This document shows, one piece after another, positions 1 through 8,634 of a DNA stretch of 29,362 nt. Both the position numbers and the translations under genes were made by a program. Numbering within the stretch: position 1 is the first letter of the stretch; every line of letters starts with the position of its first letter. Source of the DNA: a virus (Duplodnaviria; Caudoviricetes); the IMG/VR virus record IMGVR_UViG_3300027653_000042, positions 1 through 29,362 of that record, one strand, 5' to 3'. Below the pieces are notes generated by a model. That model was not told where the DNA came from. It ran no database searches and was given only the letters and a program-made list of their open reading frames with translations.

Positions 1-126
1 GATGACGGGTTGGCTTTTCAACTTCAAGCCGCTTCGGCGATTTCGTGAAGCCGTACTCCGCGAGATGACGCAGCTCGAACGACGCGCCTTCATTTTACGC
101 TCGCAACCGCTCAGATTTTATGTGGG

Positions 127-365
127 TGTAACACGACAGACGGTGTGTCATAAGACAAAAAACGCGGGATGAGGCGGGATGAGACGGGATACGCCGGGAT
201 GAACTGCCGCTGATTATCGGCTTTATGGCGTGTTTAGGGCGGTTTTTAGCTACCGGCTACGAATACCACAACCGTCTTTTGAGGGGCTTTTACTGGACCA
301 CCTCGAGACACATGATCTGTCATAAAACAAAGGGCAGTCACGACACATGGATTGTCATAACACAA
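127..365 (+). repeat. Putative prophage left end (attL) with three 24-bp transposase-binding sites
   Basis: TGTAACAC at 127-134, then GACAGACGGTGTGTCATAAGACAA (135-158), GACACATGATCTGTCATAAAACAA (307-330) and GACACATGGATTGTCATAACACAA (342-365). Consensus GACA-N7-TGTCATAA-N-ACAA. One terminal site plus two distant adjacent sites, as in Mu L1/L2/L3. Confidence 0.8.
165..200 (+). repeat. Four CGGGAT hexamers with exact 10-bp period
   Basis: CGGGAT at 165, 175, 185 and 195, in the spacer between the first and second end sites. Confidence 0.85.
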
Positions 366-423
366 CAAGGCCGCGCCGACGATTGCCGGCACGGCCTCTT
401 GCTTGACCGAGCGGTTCTTTCGC

Positions 424-804
424 TCAATTGACTGATGAGCAGCCGTGTGAGCGCCATCGCTTTTCGCCGAGGTACTCCATCTCGCACCGATAATGCGTAC
501 GGATCATAGCGCCGAATGAGTTTTGTGCATCTACATACGCGCGCACAACCCAGCGGTCGCCGATCTCCTCGATATGGACTCCATCACTCCACGAGCGCGC
601 GAACTTGGCAGTAGAGGGCGCTTTTAGTTGCTTGGTGATAAATGTCTGGCTCGCTACAAACGCGTCGATCTCATCGACGACGGCCTCTTTCGGCCCGCTT
701 GAGCCGGCAGTGCTGTTGCATACGTAGTTGCAGCCGGCGTAGAACACGAGCAAGATTATGGCGGTTACCCACCAGGGCGGAGAGTCTAACTGACTCGCAT
801 CCAT
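424..804 (-). CDS. Membrane-anchored hypothetical protein (immunity-region accessory gene)
   Basis: 126 aa, N-terminal hydrophobic helix WWVTAIILLVFYAGC, C-terminal YVDAQNSFGAMIR motif, AGGAGG RBS upstream on the minus strand. Confidence 0.8.
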   Translation of the reverse strand: MDASQLDSPPWWVTAIILLVFYAGCNYVCNSTAGSSGPKEAVVDEIDAFVASQTFITKQLKAPSTAKFARSWSDGVHIEEIGDRWVVRAYVDAQNSFGAMIRTHYRCEMEYLGEKRWRSHGCSSVN

Positions 805-906
805 CTCGTCCTCCTGATTATATGTGTGAATGTGGAGGCGCCACTGCTGTCGTACCTGTGCACGCGCTCAATCTCCTCTGATGATGCGCCATATATATAT
901 AGTATA

Positions 907-931
907 ACGTGCCGGTTGCGCGCCGGCACGT
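907..931 (-). terminator. Hairpin downstream of repressor gene (probable terminator)
   Basis: Perfect 9-bp stem ACGTGCCGG/CCGGCACGT with 7-nt loop, 3 nt after the repressor stop, followed on the minus strand by an AT-rich tract. Confidence 0.55.
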
Positions 932-934
932 GGG

Positions 935-1435
935 TTATTCCTCTCTGACGGTGCGGGTGCGAAAGCGCATTGTGGGCCCCGCATACATAGTTATCTCGAT
1001 TTTAAAGACCACCTCCCCACTGCGCTCGTCGACCATCTCCAGCCACTGATGAGAGCCGACGTTGGCGAGCTGCGCGCTGCCGTTCTCTTCGGGACCATAC
1101 ACCTTTCCTTCCTCCCGAACCACGGGATCAGCCCGCCTGGGCTTGATCGGATCGGCCAGCATATCCCCCTCCCCGCCCAGCAACCAGTTAACATTGACGC
1201 CCAATTGGGCTATCCGCTGCAGAATATTCCCTCCAGGCATCCTTTGTCCGGCGATATACTTTGAAAACGAGGGCGGAGACATCCCCAACTGACGGGCTAA
1301 TTCCGCTCGATTACCCTCGAAAAGAGTATCCGCAACCAATCCCAGCCTTTCGCCAACTTCCTTTGCCAAAGCAGACCCACATGGGTTGTTATAGTGGAAC
1401 GAATGGGTTATACTATCGGCCAGCAAACGAGACAC
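935..1435 (-). CDS. XRE/CI-like HTH prophage repressor (true start possibly TTG at 1369)
   Basis: NRAELARQLGMSPPSFSKYIAGQRMPG...LGVNVNWLLGGEG is a classic XRE HTH. Divergent from the early operon. Confidence 0.85.
   Translation of the reverse strand: MSRLLADSITHSFHYNNPCGSALAKEVGERLGLVADTLFEGNRAELARQLGMSPPSFSKYIAGQRMPGGNILQRIAQLGVNVNWLLGGEGDMLADPIKPRRADPVVREEGKVYGPEENGSAQLANVGSHQWLEMVDERSGEVVFKIEITMYAGPTMRFRTRTVREE
1381..1420. promoter_or_regulatory. Divergent promoter/operator region
   Basis: ATGGGTT direct repeats at 1381 and 1403; TATACT -10-like box at 1409-1414 on plus; lies between the repressor and the first early gene. Confidence 0.45.
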
Positions 1436-1471
1436 GGGCCAAGGCGGAATATACCGCCACCAACAACAGAC

Positions 1472-1687
1472 ATGACAGATACCCTACTGACAGTAGCGGA
1501 GGTTGCGCGACGACTGGGCATTAGTGAGCGATCGACGCGGCGTATGTGCGCCGAGGGCGAGTTGCCTGCCATCCGAGTCGGCAAACGGCTCTGGCGGATC
1601 TATCCAGACTTTGAGCAACACCTTGCTCAGCAGCACCTGGCTCAGCAGCATTCGGCAGAGCAAGACCCTTCGGCCGAATCGTTTTAG
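1472..1687 (+). CDS. Small HTH_17/excisionase-type DNA-binding protein (Ner/Cro position)
   Basis: MTDTLLTVAEVARRLGISERSTRRMCAEGELPAIRVGKRLWRI; ATG at 1472 gives 71 aa. Confidence 0.85.
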   Translation: MTDTLLTVAEVARRLGISERSTRRMCAEGELPAIRVGKRLWRIYPDFEQHLAQQHLAQQHSAEQDPSAESF

Positions 1688-1703
1688 TAACACTCTCCCA
1701 GAT

Positions 1704-1799
1704 GGTTCAACGTGGAGCCCTCGTTGAACCCCTCGTTGAACCCCAACGATCGCCCCGTAATGATGATAGAGGCGGATTCCTTAAAAAACGTTGAACCCC
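1704..1799. repeat. CGTTGAACCCC repeat cluster upstream of transposase
   Basis: Direct copies at 1722, 1734 and 1789, inverted GGTTCAACG at 1704, degenerate CGTGGAGCCC at 1711. Confidence 0.8.
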
Positions 1800-3980
1800 A
1801 TGCGTGACTGGTTTGCAGCATCGGAACTGTCGGAAATGGGGTTGCCGGACATGCCTAAGCGTCCGCATCACATCATCCGCAAAGCCACCCGTGAGGGGTG
1901 GAAATCGCGTGAGGTGCCGACGCCCGGCGGGGGCCCGATGCGGAGGGAGTTACACATATCCTCGTTGCCCATCCCCGCGCAGGCGGAGTTGATGGATAAA
2001 CTGCTGCGCGGAACGCCTGGGCATATCGAGTCTCAGCGGATCAAACTGCGGCAGCGGCTCGAGGAACGGGCGCGCCAGGTACGGCGCGAGGCGGGTATGG
2101 CTGAGGCGGCGCGGCTGGACGCTCGGAGCCGCGCGCAGATGGATGCACGGCTCGACATCTTATATAACGTTGAGCAGCTGCAGCGCGAGACGGGGCTGCC
2201 GATGTACAAGCTCGTCGAGCATGTGGCGACCTTATATAATAGCCGCGCAATCGACGGCATCGAGGCGACGACCTATGAGCTGATCGGGGAAGTGTCGGGG
2301 CGGACGATCCAGCGGTGGCGCAAGGCGCTCGATGAGCATGGCCCGAGTGCGCTGGCGCCGAGGCACGGCAAGCGATCGGCGCGCGATTACCGGTCGCTGA
2401 TCGATGAGGATGACGAGCTGCGGGCGGTGGTACTCGGCATGATCCACGATAACCCGCACGTATCGGCCACGCACATTATGCGCGGGCTGCGTGCGAGGTT
2501 CGAGCGAGAGCGGATCCCGAGTAAGCGGACGATCCAGCGCTATATACAGGTGTGGAGCAAGCAGAAGGCGCAGCTCAAGACCTATATATCCAACCCCGAC
2601 CAATGGCGTGGCCGCTACCGCGCGGCGTACGGGTCGGCCTCCGACGGCATCGTGCGACTGAACCAGCGCTGGGAGCTCGACTCGACGCCGGCGGATGTGA
2701 TGCTGACCGACGGACGGCACGCGATTATCGGCATGATCGACGTGTATAGCCGGCGGACGAAGCTCCACGTGGTGCGCACGTCGACATCGGCGGGCATTAT
2801 CAGCCTGCTGAGGCGCGCCATCTCATCGTACGGCATGCCCGAGACGGTGGCTACCGACCAGGGCAAGGATTACGTATCGAAGGCGATGAAGCGGGTGTTG
2901 CCGTCACTGGGCATTGAGCACCTTGAAATGCCGCCGTTCAGCCCGGATAAAAAACCGTTTATCGAGCGCTTTTTCCGGACGTTTAGCCATGACCTCGTTG
3001 AGATTCTGCCCGGGTTTATCGGGCACAACGTAGCCGAGCGACAAGACATCGAGGCGCGCCGGTCGTTTGCCGAGCGCATGATGAAGAAGGGCGAGACGGT
3101 CGAGATTGAACTTGACGTGGAGGCCTTCCAGGAGCTTTGCGACCGGTGGTGCGACGATATATATGCGCACGAATCGCACGCCGGCTTGGACGGGCGCACC
3201 CCGTTCCAGGCCGCCGCGGGCCAGCCGACGCGGCGCGTCGAAGACGACCGCGCGCTTGACCTACTACTATCGTCGGCGCCGGGTGGCGACGGGCTCAAGA
3301 CCGTCACCAAGAAAGGCATCCGCATTCAGGGGCTGTACTACATGGCGCCGGAACTCTCGGCCCACGCGGGCGAGCAGGTGCTCTGCCTGTATGACGAGGC
3401 CGACGCCGGGCGTCTCTATGTCTTCGGCGGTATTGATGCGGCCTTTATATGCATCGCCGAGTGCCCCGACATAACCGGCATCAGCCGGCAGCAACTGGCC
3501 ATCGAAGCGCGGCGCTACCACGAGCGCCACATGCGCGAGCAGCGCGCCGAGCTAAAGGCCGTGTCCAAGCGCACATCCACCGCCGACATCTGGCGCGAGA
3601 TCGTGGACACAAACGCCGCCACGGCTGCGAAGATGCGGAGCATGGACGGCGCCCAGGAGACCCACGAAACCGACGCGCTATCGGCCGCCTCGGCCGCCGC
3701 CGATGCCCGCGAGGCGATGGATGCGCCGCGCGAGCTGCGCCGGGAGAATCCGCCCGAGGTACAGGCGCGGATACGAGCGCTGTACGCCGAGCAAAACAAG
3801 CCTTTTGAGCGCCCTCAATACTGGGACAATGCGGCGCACCGGTTCCGCTGGGTGAAGGAGGCGGCGCTGGGTGGCCACGGGGCGCTGATTACAGAGGCAG
3901 ACTGGGACTTTTATCACGACTACGCAGACGACCTCGGTCTTGGCCCTGAGGATCGCGTGATGCAGCGACAGGCCAAGTAG
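1800..3980 (+). CDS. Mu-like DDE transposase (MuA)
   Basis: N-terminal Mu-type HTH (WFAASEL..GLP..P....IRKA.REGW), DDE triad WELDST / TDQGKDY / KPFIERFF, and a Mu-transposase C-terminal barrel (VTKKGIRIQGLYY). ATG at 1800. Confidence 0.95.
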   Translation: MRDWFAASELSEMGLPDMPKRPHHIIRKATREGWKSREVPTPGGGPMRRELHISSLPIPAQAELMDKLLRGTPGHIESQRIKLRQRLEERARQVRREAGMAEAARLDARSRAQMDARLDILYNVEQLQRETGLPMYKLVEHVATLYNSRAIDGIEATTYELIGEVSGRTIQRWRKALDEHGPSALAPRHGKRSARDYRSLIDEDDELRAVVLGMIHDNPHVSATHIMRGLRARFERERIPSKRTIQRYIQVWSKQKAQLKTYISNPDQWRGRYRAAYGSASDGIVRLNQRWELDSTPADVMLTDGRHAIIGMIDVYSRRTKLHVVRTSTSAGIISLLRRAISSYGMPETVATDQGKDYVSKAMKRVLPSLGIEHLEMPPFSPDKKPFIERFFRTFSHDLVEILPGFIGHNVAERQDIEARRSFAERMMKKGETVEIELDVEAFQELCDRWCDDIYAHESHAGLDGRTPFQAAAGQPTRRVEDDRALDLLLSSAPGGDGLKTVTKKGIRIQGLYYMAPELSAHAGEQVLCLYDEADAGRLYVFGGIDAAFICIAECPDITGISRQQLAIEARRYHERHMREQRAELKAVSKRTSTADIWREIVDTNAATAAKMRSMDGAQETHETDALSAASAAADAREAMDAPRELRRENPPEVQARIRALYAEQNKPFERPQYWDNAAHRFRWVKEAALGGHGALITEADWDFYHDYADDLGLGPEDRVMQRQAK

Positions 3981-4011
3981 AGACCTTATCACACAGTATC
4001 TGGAGGATGCT

Positions 4012-4740
4012 ATGAGGAATGCGACGGTTCTGACGTCTAACGTCGAGGCCTTCCTGGGCGCGGTCGAAGCGCTCAAAAAGCGGAGTGCAGGGGAGGAAGG
4101 GATGGGGCTACTGTGGGGATTGCCCGGCGAGGGCAAGTCGACCACGATCAGCTACGTGACCAACACGCGCGGCGGCGTATTTCTACGTGCCCGGGTAACG
4201 TGGACGGTGACCTCGATGCTGCGCGCCCTGATGGCCGAGCTCAACCTCGACGGCGGGCGCTTCCGCGACCCGATGATCGACCAGGCAATCGAAGAGCTAT
4301 CGCGCTGGCCGCGGCCGGTGTTTATCGACGAGGCCGACTACCTCTTCCGCCAGACCGACATGCTCGATGCACTGCGTGATATTTACGACGCGAGCAAGGT
4401 TCCGGTCATCTTGATTGGGATGGAAGACATCGCACGGAAGATCCGCTCAAACGACCGTTTTAACCGATTCCGGCGGCGGATTACCCAATGGATCGAGTTC
4501 AAGGGTCTGACGCTTGCCGACACCCAGCTGGTGGCGCGTGAGCTGTGCGAGGTGGGTGTGGAGGATGATCTGGTGGAGCGCATCCACCGCGAGACCGGAG
4601 GCAACATCGGGCACATCGTGATTGCGCTCTCGCTGGTCGAGCACTTCGGCAAAATGAACGGCATCGCCCGCGTGGGCAATGAGCATTACGGTACGCGGCC
4701 AATATCAAACGCCAATGGCTCCAACCTTATCCGGGCATGA
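4012..4740 (+). CDS. MuB-like AAA+ transposition ATPase
   Basis: Walker A GLPGEGKS, Walker B VFIDEAD, GGAGG RBS; directly after the transposase. Confidence 0.92.
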   Translation: MRNATVLTSNVEAFLGAVEALKKRSAGEEGMGLLWGLPGEGKSTTISYVTNTRGGVFLRARVTWTVTSMLRALMAELNLDGGRFRDPMIDQAIEELSRWPRPVFIDEADYLFRQTDMLDALRDIYDASKVPVILIGMEDIARKIRSNDRFNRFRRRITQWIEFKGLTLADTQLVARELCEVGVEDDLVERIHRETGGNIGHIVIALSLVEHFGKMNGIARVGNEHYGTRPISNANGSNLIRA

Positions 4741-5279
4741 CGATGGAAGTGAGAGAGCTGAGAGGGAACGACGCAAAGCGCCAGCGCATCGAGGCGTGGA
4801 AGCTAATGCGCACGCTGACCCCGTTTTCGGTCGAAGATATTGCTACCGGCACTGAGATGGCCGAAGCAGCGGCGCGGCGGCTGATCCGTGCCATGCTCGA
4901 CAGCGGGCACGTGCGTGTAGTGGCGCAGCGCCGGATCGGCGAGGCTGGATCATACAACCTGTTTGAGCTGGTGACGGGCCAGCGGATGCCGTCGGTGATC
5001 GACGCCCGTTACTACTGGCAGATGCAGGCGTGGACGGCTATGCGCATCCACCGTCGATTCACAGCATCGTCCATCCTGCGATCGATGGAGGCGGGGCTTA
5101 CAACCGAGCGCACGATGCGGCGCTGGTTGAAGGCACTGGAGCGCTACGATTACGTGCGTCAGGACGGCCCCACCGTGCCGGGGCGTGAGAATGAGTACCA
5201 GATCGTCATCGATCAGGCCGAGGCGCCCATCGTACGTGCGGCCCCGGTACGCCGGCGCAGGGAGGTGAGCGATGACTGA
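4737..5279 (+). CDS. Hypothetical protein with two winged-helix-like repeats
   Basis: Two similar units (AWKLMR...FSVEDI and AWTAMR...FTASSI); ATGA coupling to MuB. Confidence 0.75.
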   Translation: MTMEVRELRGNDAKRQRIEAWKLMRTLTPFSVEDIATGTEMAEAAARRLIRAMLDSGHVRVVAQRRIGEAGSYNLFELVTGQRMPSVIDARYYWQMQAWTAMRIHRRFTASSILRSMEAGLTTERTMRRWLKALERYDYVRQDGPTVPGRENEYQIVIDQAEAPIVRAAPVRRRREVSDD

Positions 5280-5613
5280 CGAACACGTCTCGGATGGCTT
5301 CCGCGAGCGCCTGCAACAACAGGTCGACGCGCTCGGGCAAAGCGAAGTGGCACGGCGGATGAGCTGCAGCGCCGCCACCATCCACCAGCTCCGCACCGGC
5401 CGCTACCCGTCTGACACGGCGCGCTGGGAGCGCATCTTCGACGCCACATTTACCGAGGGGCCGGTGGACTGCCCCGTGCTGGGCGAGATCAGCCGGGAGG
5501 CATGCGCCCTCCACCGTTCGCGGCCCTTTGCGGCCACGAATCCTGTACGCGTGCGGCTTTACCATGCCTGCAAGGTGTGCCCAAATAACCCCGAGGTGCA
5601 GACAAATGAGTGA
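5272..5613 (+). CDS. HTH DNA-binding protein with Cys/His-rich C-terminus
   Basis: GQSEVARRMSCSAATIHQL HTH followed by CPVLGEI...C...HACKVCP; GGAGG RBS. Confidence 0.8.
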   Translation: MTDEHVSDGFRERLQQQVDALGQSEVARRMSCSAATIHQLRTGRYPSDTARWERIFDATFTEGPVDCPVLGEISREACALHRSRPFAATNPVRVRLYHACKVCPNNPEVQTNE

Positions 5614-6991
5614 GGTAACCCACACCGAACGCACGGCCGGCCAGGACACCCGCCCGCGCCTGGTGCGCTACGCCGAGCAGCAGCTACGGCAGGGCTGGGA
5701 CCTGACGGTGGACCATGACCAGCGACATGCTTTCTGGACCCGTGGTACGTCTCGCCTGACGGGTCATTACGACTATGCCGAGCTAATCATTGAGCTCTTT
5801 GGGGCAGACTACGGACAACGGATCAACGAGCGCGGGCGGCAGACCCCGCGCCCACAACCAACGGAGGATGCAATGACAGCATTAGCAACAGAGGACAAGG
5901 GCAAGACCACCACAAAAACGGGCGATGCACCCGCGCTCGACATCGACGGCGTGTCGATCGTCGACGGCGTGCTGCACCTGCACCGGCGCACCTATACGCC
6001 GACTGAGGTGGGTAAGATGGTGGGCCTAACGCGCGACGGCGTGCGGTACGACAAGACGCTTACGCAGACCAAAACGGCATGGCTTAACGCTACCCAGCGC
6101 ATGTGGGAGGTGCACACCGACCAGGCGCTTCTGGCTTACCTCGACAGGCGCCAGGTGGCGGCTGTGATCGACATCCGCGACGAGGAAGCGGACGACGCCG
6201 ATGCCGAGATGGACGAAGAGGTTGCCCGCGCGCGTAAGGCGGTTGAGCGCGTTAAGGCGGCGGCGGCTCGGCCCAAGGAGACGCGCCTTGAAGACACGCG
6301 CCGAACGAACGGCCAGGCGCCCGACCGTCCGGCGGAAGGCCGCCAGGAGACATTGGAGGCGAACTACCCTAAGCGGGGCCTGGCACACATCATAGTACAG
6401 CCGCTCGGGCTGTTTGAAATCCGTGGCCGCTGGTACCACTCGCACGACCTCGAGGAGCACGACGGCGAGACGGTTCGCGTGCTGTGGACGTGGGATGAAT
6501 CGACGGAGGGCCTGCCTGACTCGGTACTGGTAGCGGACGATGCCACGGGAAGACTGATTGCCACGGCGCGCCTTGTTGCCGAGGATGACGGTGAGACTGA
6601 GGCCGTGATGTCGATCCCCTTCACCCAGCGTGAGATCGACCGGGCGCGCAAGGTGGTCGACAGCATGCTTTCTGAGACCGAAGAACCTGCCGCCACGGGT
6701 GACGGCGAGTCGATCGACGTTGCCGACCCCGCCGAGGTGGCGCCGCCCTACCGGGTGAACGAAGTCTACCGCGACACCAGCTCGACAGTCGAGTGGCTGC
6801 GCCGTGAGATTGCCGCGGCGCGTGCCGAGGTAGAGCGGGCCCGTATCCTCGACGATGTCGATCTGCGGCGCACCGCGTGGGCACGCCTCGAAGCCGCCGA
6901 GGTCGATGCCCAGCGCTACATATCGGCCCGCCAGGGGGAGATCCGCACGCTGCGCCGTGCGCTGAAAAGGCCCTTTTTGTTCTACCTCTAA
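5606..6991 (+). CDS. Multidomain early protein with a Mu-transposase C-terminal-like domain
   Basis: ATG at 5606 overlaps the upstream gene; second in-frame ATG at 5873 has a GGAGG RBS; internal segment resembles the MuA barrel. Confidence 0.7.
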   Translation: MSEVTHTERTAGQDTRPRLVRYAEQQLRQGWDLTVDHDQRHAFWTRGTSRLTGHYDYAELIIELFGADYGQRINERGRQTPRPQPTEDAMTALATEDKGKTTTKTGDAPALDIDGVSIVDGVLHLHRRTYTPTEVGKMVGLTRDGVRYDKTLTQTKTAWLNATQRMWEVHTDQALLAYLDRRQVAAVIDIRDEEADDADAEMDEEVARARKAVERVKAAAARPKETRLEDTRRTNGQAPDRPAEGRQETLEANYPKRGLAHIIVQPLGLFEIRGRWYHSHDLEEHDGETVRVLWTWDESTEGLPDSVLVADDATGRLIATARLVAEDDGETEAVMSIPFTQREIDRARKVVDSMLSETEEPAATGDGESIDVADPAEVAPPYRVNEVYRDTSSTVEWLRREIAAARAEVERARILDDVDLRRTAWARLEAAEVDAQRYISARQGEIRTLRRALKRPFLFYL

Positions 6992-7002
6992 CCCGCGAAA
7001 CG

Positions 7003-7500
7003 ATGGCCTATCAGCCTGATCTCTGGAATGAGCCCACGCCGCCGAAGCGGGCACGATGGACGCGCGACATGGCCTACAAAACCGTGCGCGAGGCCGAAGA
7101 CGCCACGGCAAACAAGCTCGGCATGGGCGAGGCGCAGCGCGCGGTCTATGACGTGATCCGCCGCAACCGCGACGTGACGAACCGCGAGATCGCCGGCATC
7201 CTGGGCTGGGAGATCAACCGGGTGACGGGCCGCACGCATGAGCTACGCAAGATGGGCCTGGTAGCCGAGGGCCGGAAGCGGCCGTGCACGCGCGCCGAGG
7301 GCGACCAGCTGGTACAGGCATGGACGGCCATCGACCCCAACCCGTGCCGGGCATTTTTTGGCCCCGGCCCGGCTACGGCCCAGTGCGGCACGTGCCGGTA
7401 CTTCGCGCTGCACAAGCTGGAGTGCGGGTTCCGCAAAGGTGAGGTGCACCGGCACTACTGGGCGAGCTGCTCAAAGTACACGAAAGCCTTCGGGCAATAA
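7003..7500 (+). CDS. Winged-HTH protein with C-terminal Cys-rich domain
   Basis: QRAVYDVIRRNRDVTNREIAGILGWEINRVTGRTHELRKMGLV wHTH; CGTC...C...C tail; ATG at 7003. Confidence 0.75.
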   Translation: MAYQPDLWNEPTPPKRARWTRDMAYKTVREAEDATANKLGMGEAQRAVYDVIRRNRDVTNREIAGILGWEINRVTGRTHELRKMGLVAEGRKRPCTRAEGDQLVQAWTAIDPNPCRAFFGPGPATAQCGTCRYFALHKLECGFRKGEVHRHYWASCSKYTKAFGQ

Positions 7501-7514
7501 CCACTGCTACTGCT

Positions 7515-8132
7515 ATGACGACGAGAGAAATTGTACCGAGAGGGTACCTGAAGAACGCGAACGGGCACCTGGTGCCGGAGGATACGATCGATGCGTACGA
7601 CATCGCGCGCGATGAGCTGGTGCGTGAGCTCTCAGAGAAGGCCCGCACCATGCGCGAGGCCCTGAGCGAGTTCAAGTACGCGGCGATGGACGACATCGAC
7701 GCCTTTGTTGACCTGAGCGCCGAGCGCTACGATGTGGCACTGGGCGGCCAGAAAGGTAACCTCTCGCTGATGAGCTTCGACGGCAGCCTGATGATCAAAG
7801 TGCAGGTGCAGGATCGGCTTGTGTTCGATGAGCGGATCCACGCGGCCAAAGAGATCATCGATGAGTGCATCCGCCGCTGGGCGGCCGATGCCGGCGCCGA
7901 AATCAAGGCGCTCGTACAGCACGCGTTTCAGACCGACCGCGAGGGCAAGCTAAACATCAGCCGCATCCTCGCCCTCACGCGCATCGACATTAAAGACGAG
8001 CGCTGGGAGCAAGGGATGAAGGCTATTAAAGACTCGTTATCGACCGCTTCAACCGCGCGTTACATCCGCTTTTACGAGCGCGATGCACGCGGTGAGTACA
8101 CGCGGTTGGACCTTGATATTGCGACGGTATGA
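7515..8132 (+). CDS. DUF3164 family Mu-like early protein
   Basis: GYLKNANGHLVP...RDELV...KGNLSLMSFDG...YIRFYER pattern and synteny. Confidence 0.85.
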   Translation: MTTREIVPRGYLKNANGHLVPEDTIDAYDIARDELVRELSEKARTMREALSEFKYAAMDDIDAFVDLSAERYDVALGGQKGNLSLMSFDGSLMIKVQVQDRLVFDERIHAAKEIIDECIRRWAADAGAEIKALVQHAFQTDREGKLNISRILALTRIDIKDERWEQGMKAIKDSLSTASTARYIRFYERDARGEYTRLDLDIATV

Positions 8133-8629
8133 GCGACGATAAACGCAGCATACGCAACCGCGAGCTGGCGGCCATCCACACAGCGCGCCGCAACCTCGGC
8201 ATCGAGGAGGGTGATTACCGCGACCTGCTCGAGGTGTGGACGGGCAAGCGCTCGGCCGCGAAGCTGACATCAGCGGAGCGGACGGCGGTGATCAAGCACT
8301 TCCGCAAGATCGGCTTCGAGCGGCAGGAAGAGCGGCGTAAGGTGTCGATCCGCGACGACGAGGCGCATACGCAGGTCGGCAAGATCAAGGCGCTCTGGCT
8401 GGATATGTACGAGCGGCGGATCGTGCGCGACCCGGGCGGTCAGGCGCTCCGCGCCTATGTGAAGCGGCAAACCACCGGGCCGGCGCATCCGCAGGGCATC
8501 AGCCACTGGAACTACCTGACGCCGGCGCTGGCCAACGAGGTGATTGAGGGGTTGAAGCAGTGGCGCCATCGCGTGTTGCGCAACCGGGCCATTGCCGAAG
8601 GGCGCAAGCGTAAACGTGCAAGCAAGTAG
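8129..8629 (+). CDS. gemA: GemA / Mu gp16 family regulatory protein (DUF1018)
   Basis: LAAIHTARRNLG...YRDLL...TGKRSA and KIKALW...VIEGLKQW motifs. Confidence 0.9.
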   Translation: MSDDKRSIRNRELAAIHTARRNLGIEEGDYRDLLEVWTGKRSAAKLTSAERTAVIKHFRKIGFERQEERRKVSIRDDEAHTQVGKIKALWLDMYERRIVRDPGGQALRAYVKRQTTGPAHPQGISHWNYLTPALANEVIEGLKQWRHRVLRNRAIAEGRKRKRASK

Positions 8630-8634
8630 GATCG

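Noticed and set aside
1-126. Host gene at the insertion site
   Set aside because: Too short to identify any feature.
225-431. 68-aa ORF in the left end
   Set aside because: Overlaps the putative transposase-binding repeats and has no recognisable features.
1615-1650. 15-bp tandem repeat encoding QHLAQ-QHLAQ-QH
   Set aside because: Short slippage duplication in a probably disordered tail; no sign of function.
127-4740. CAST or Tn7-like transposon (TnsB/TnsC-like genes and ends)
   Set aside because: No TniQ, Cas gene or CRISPR array in the window; the genes are embedded in a full Mu-like phage gene order.
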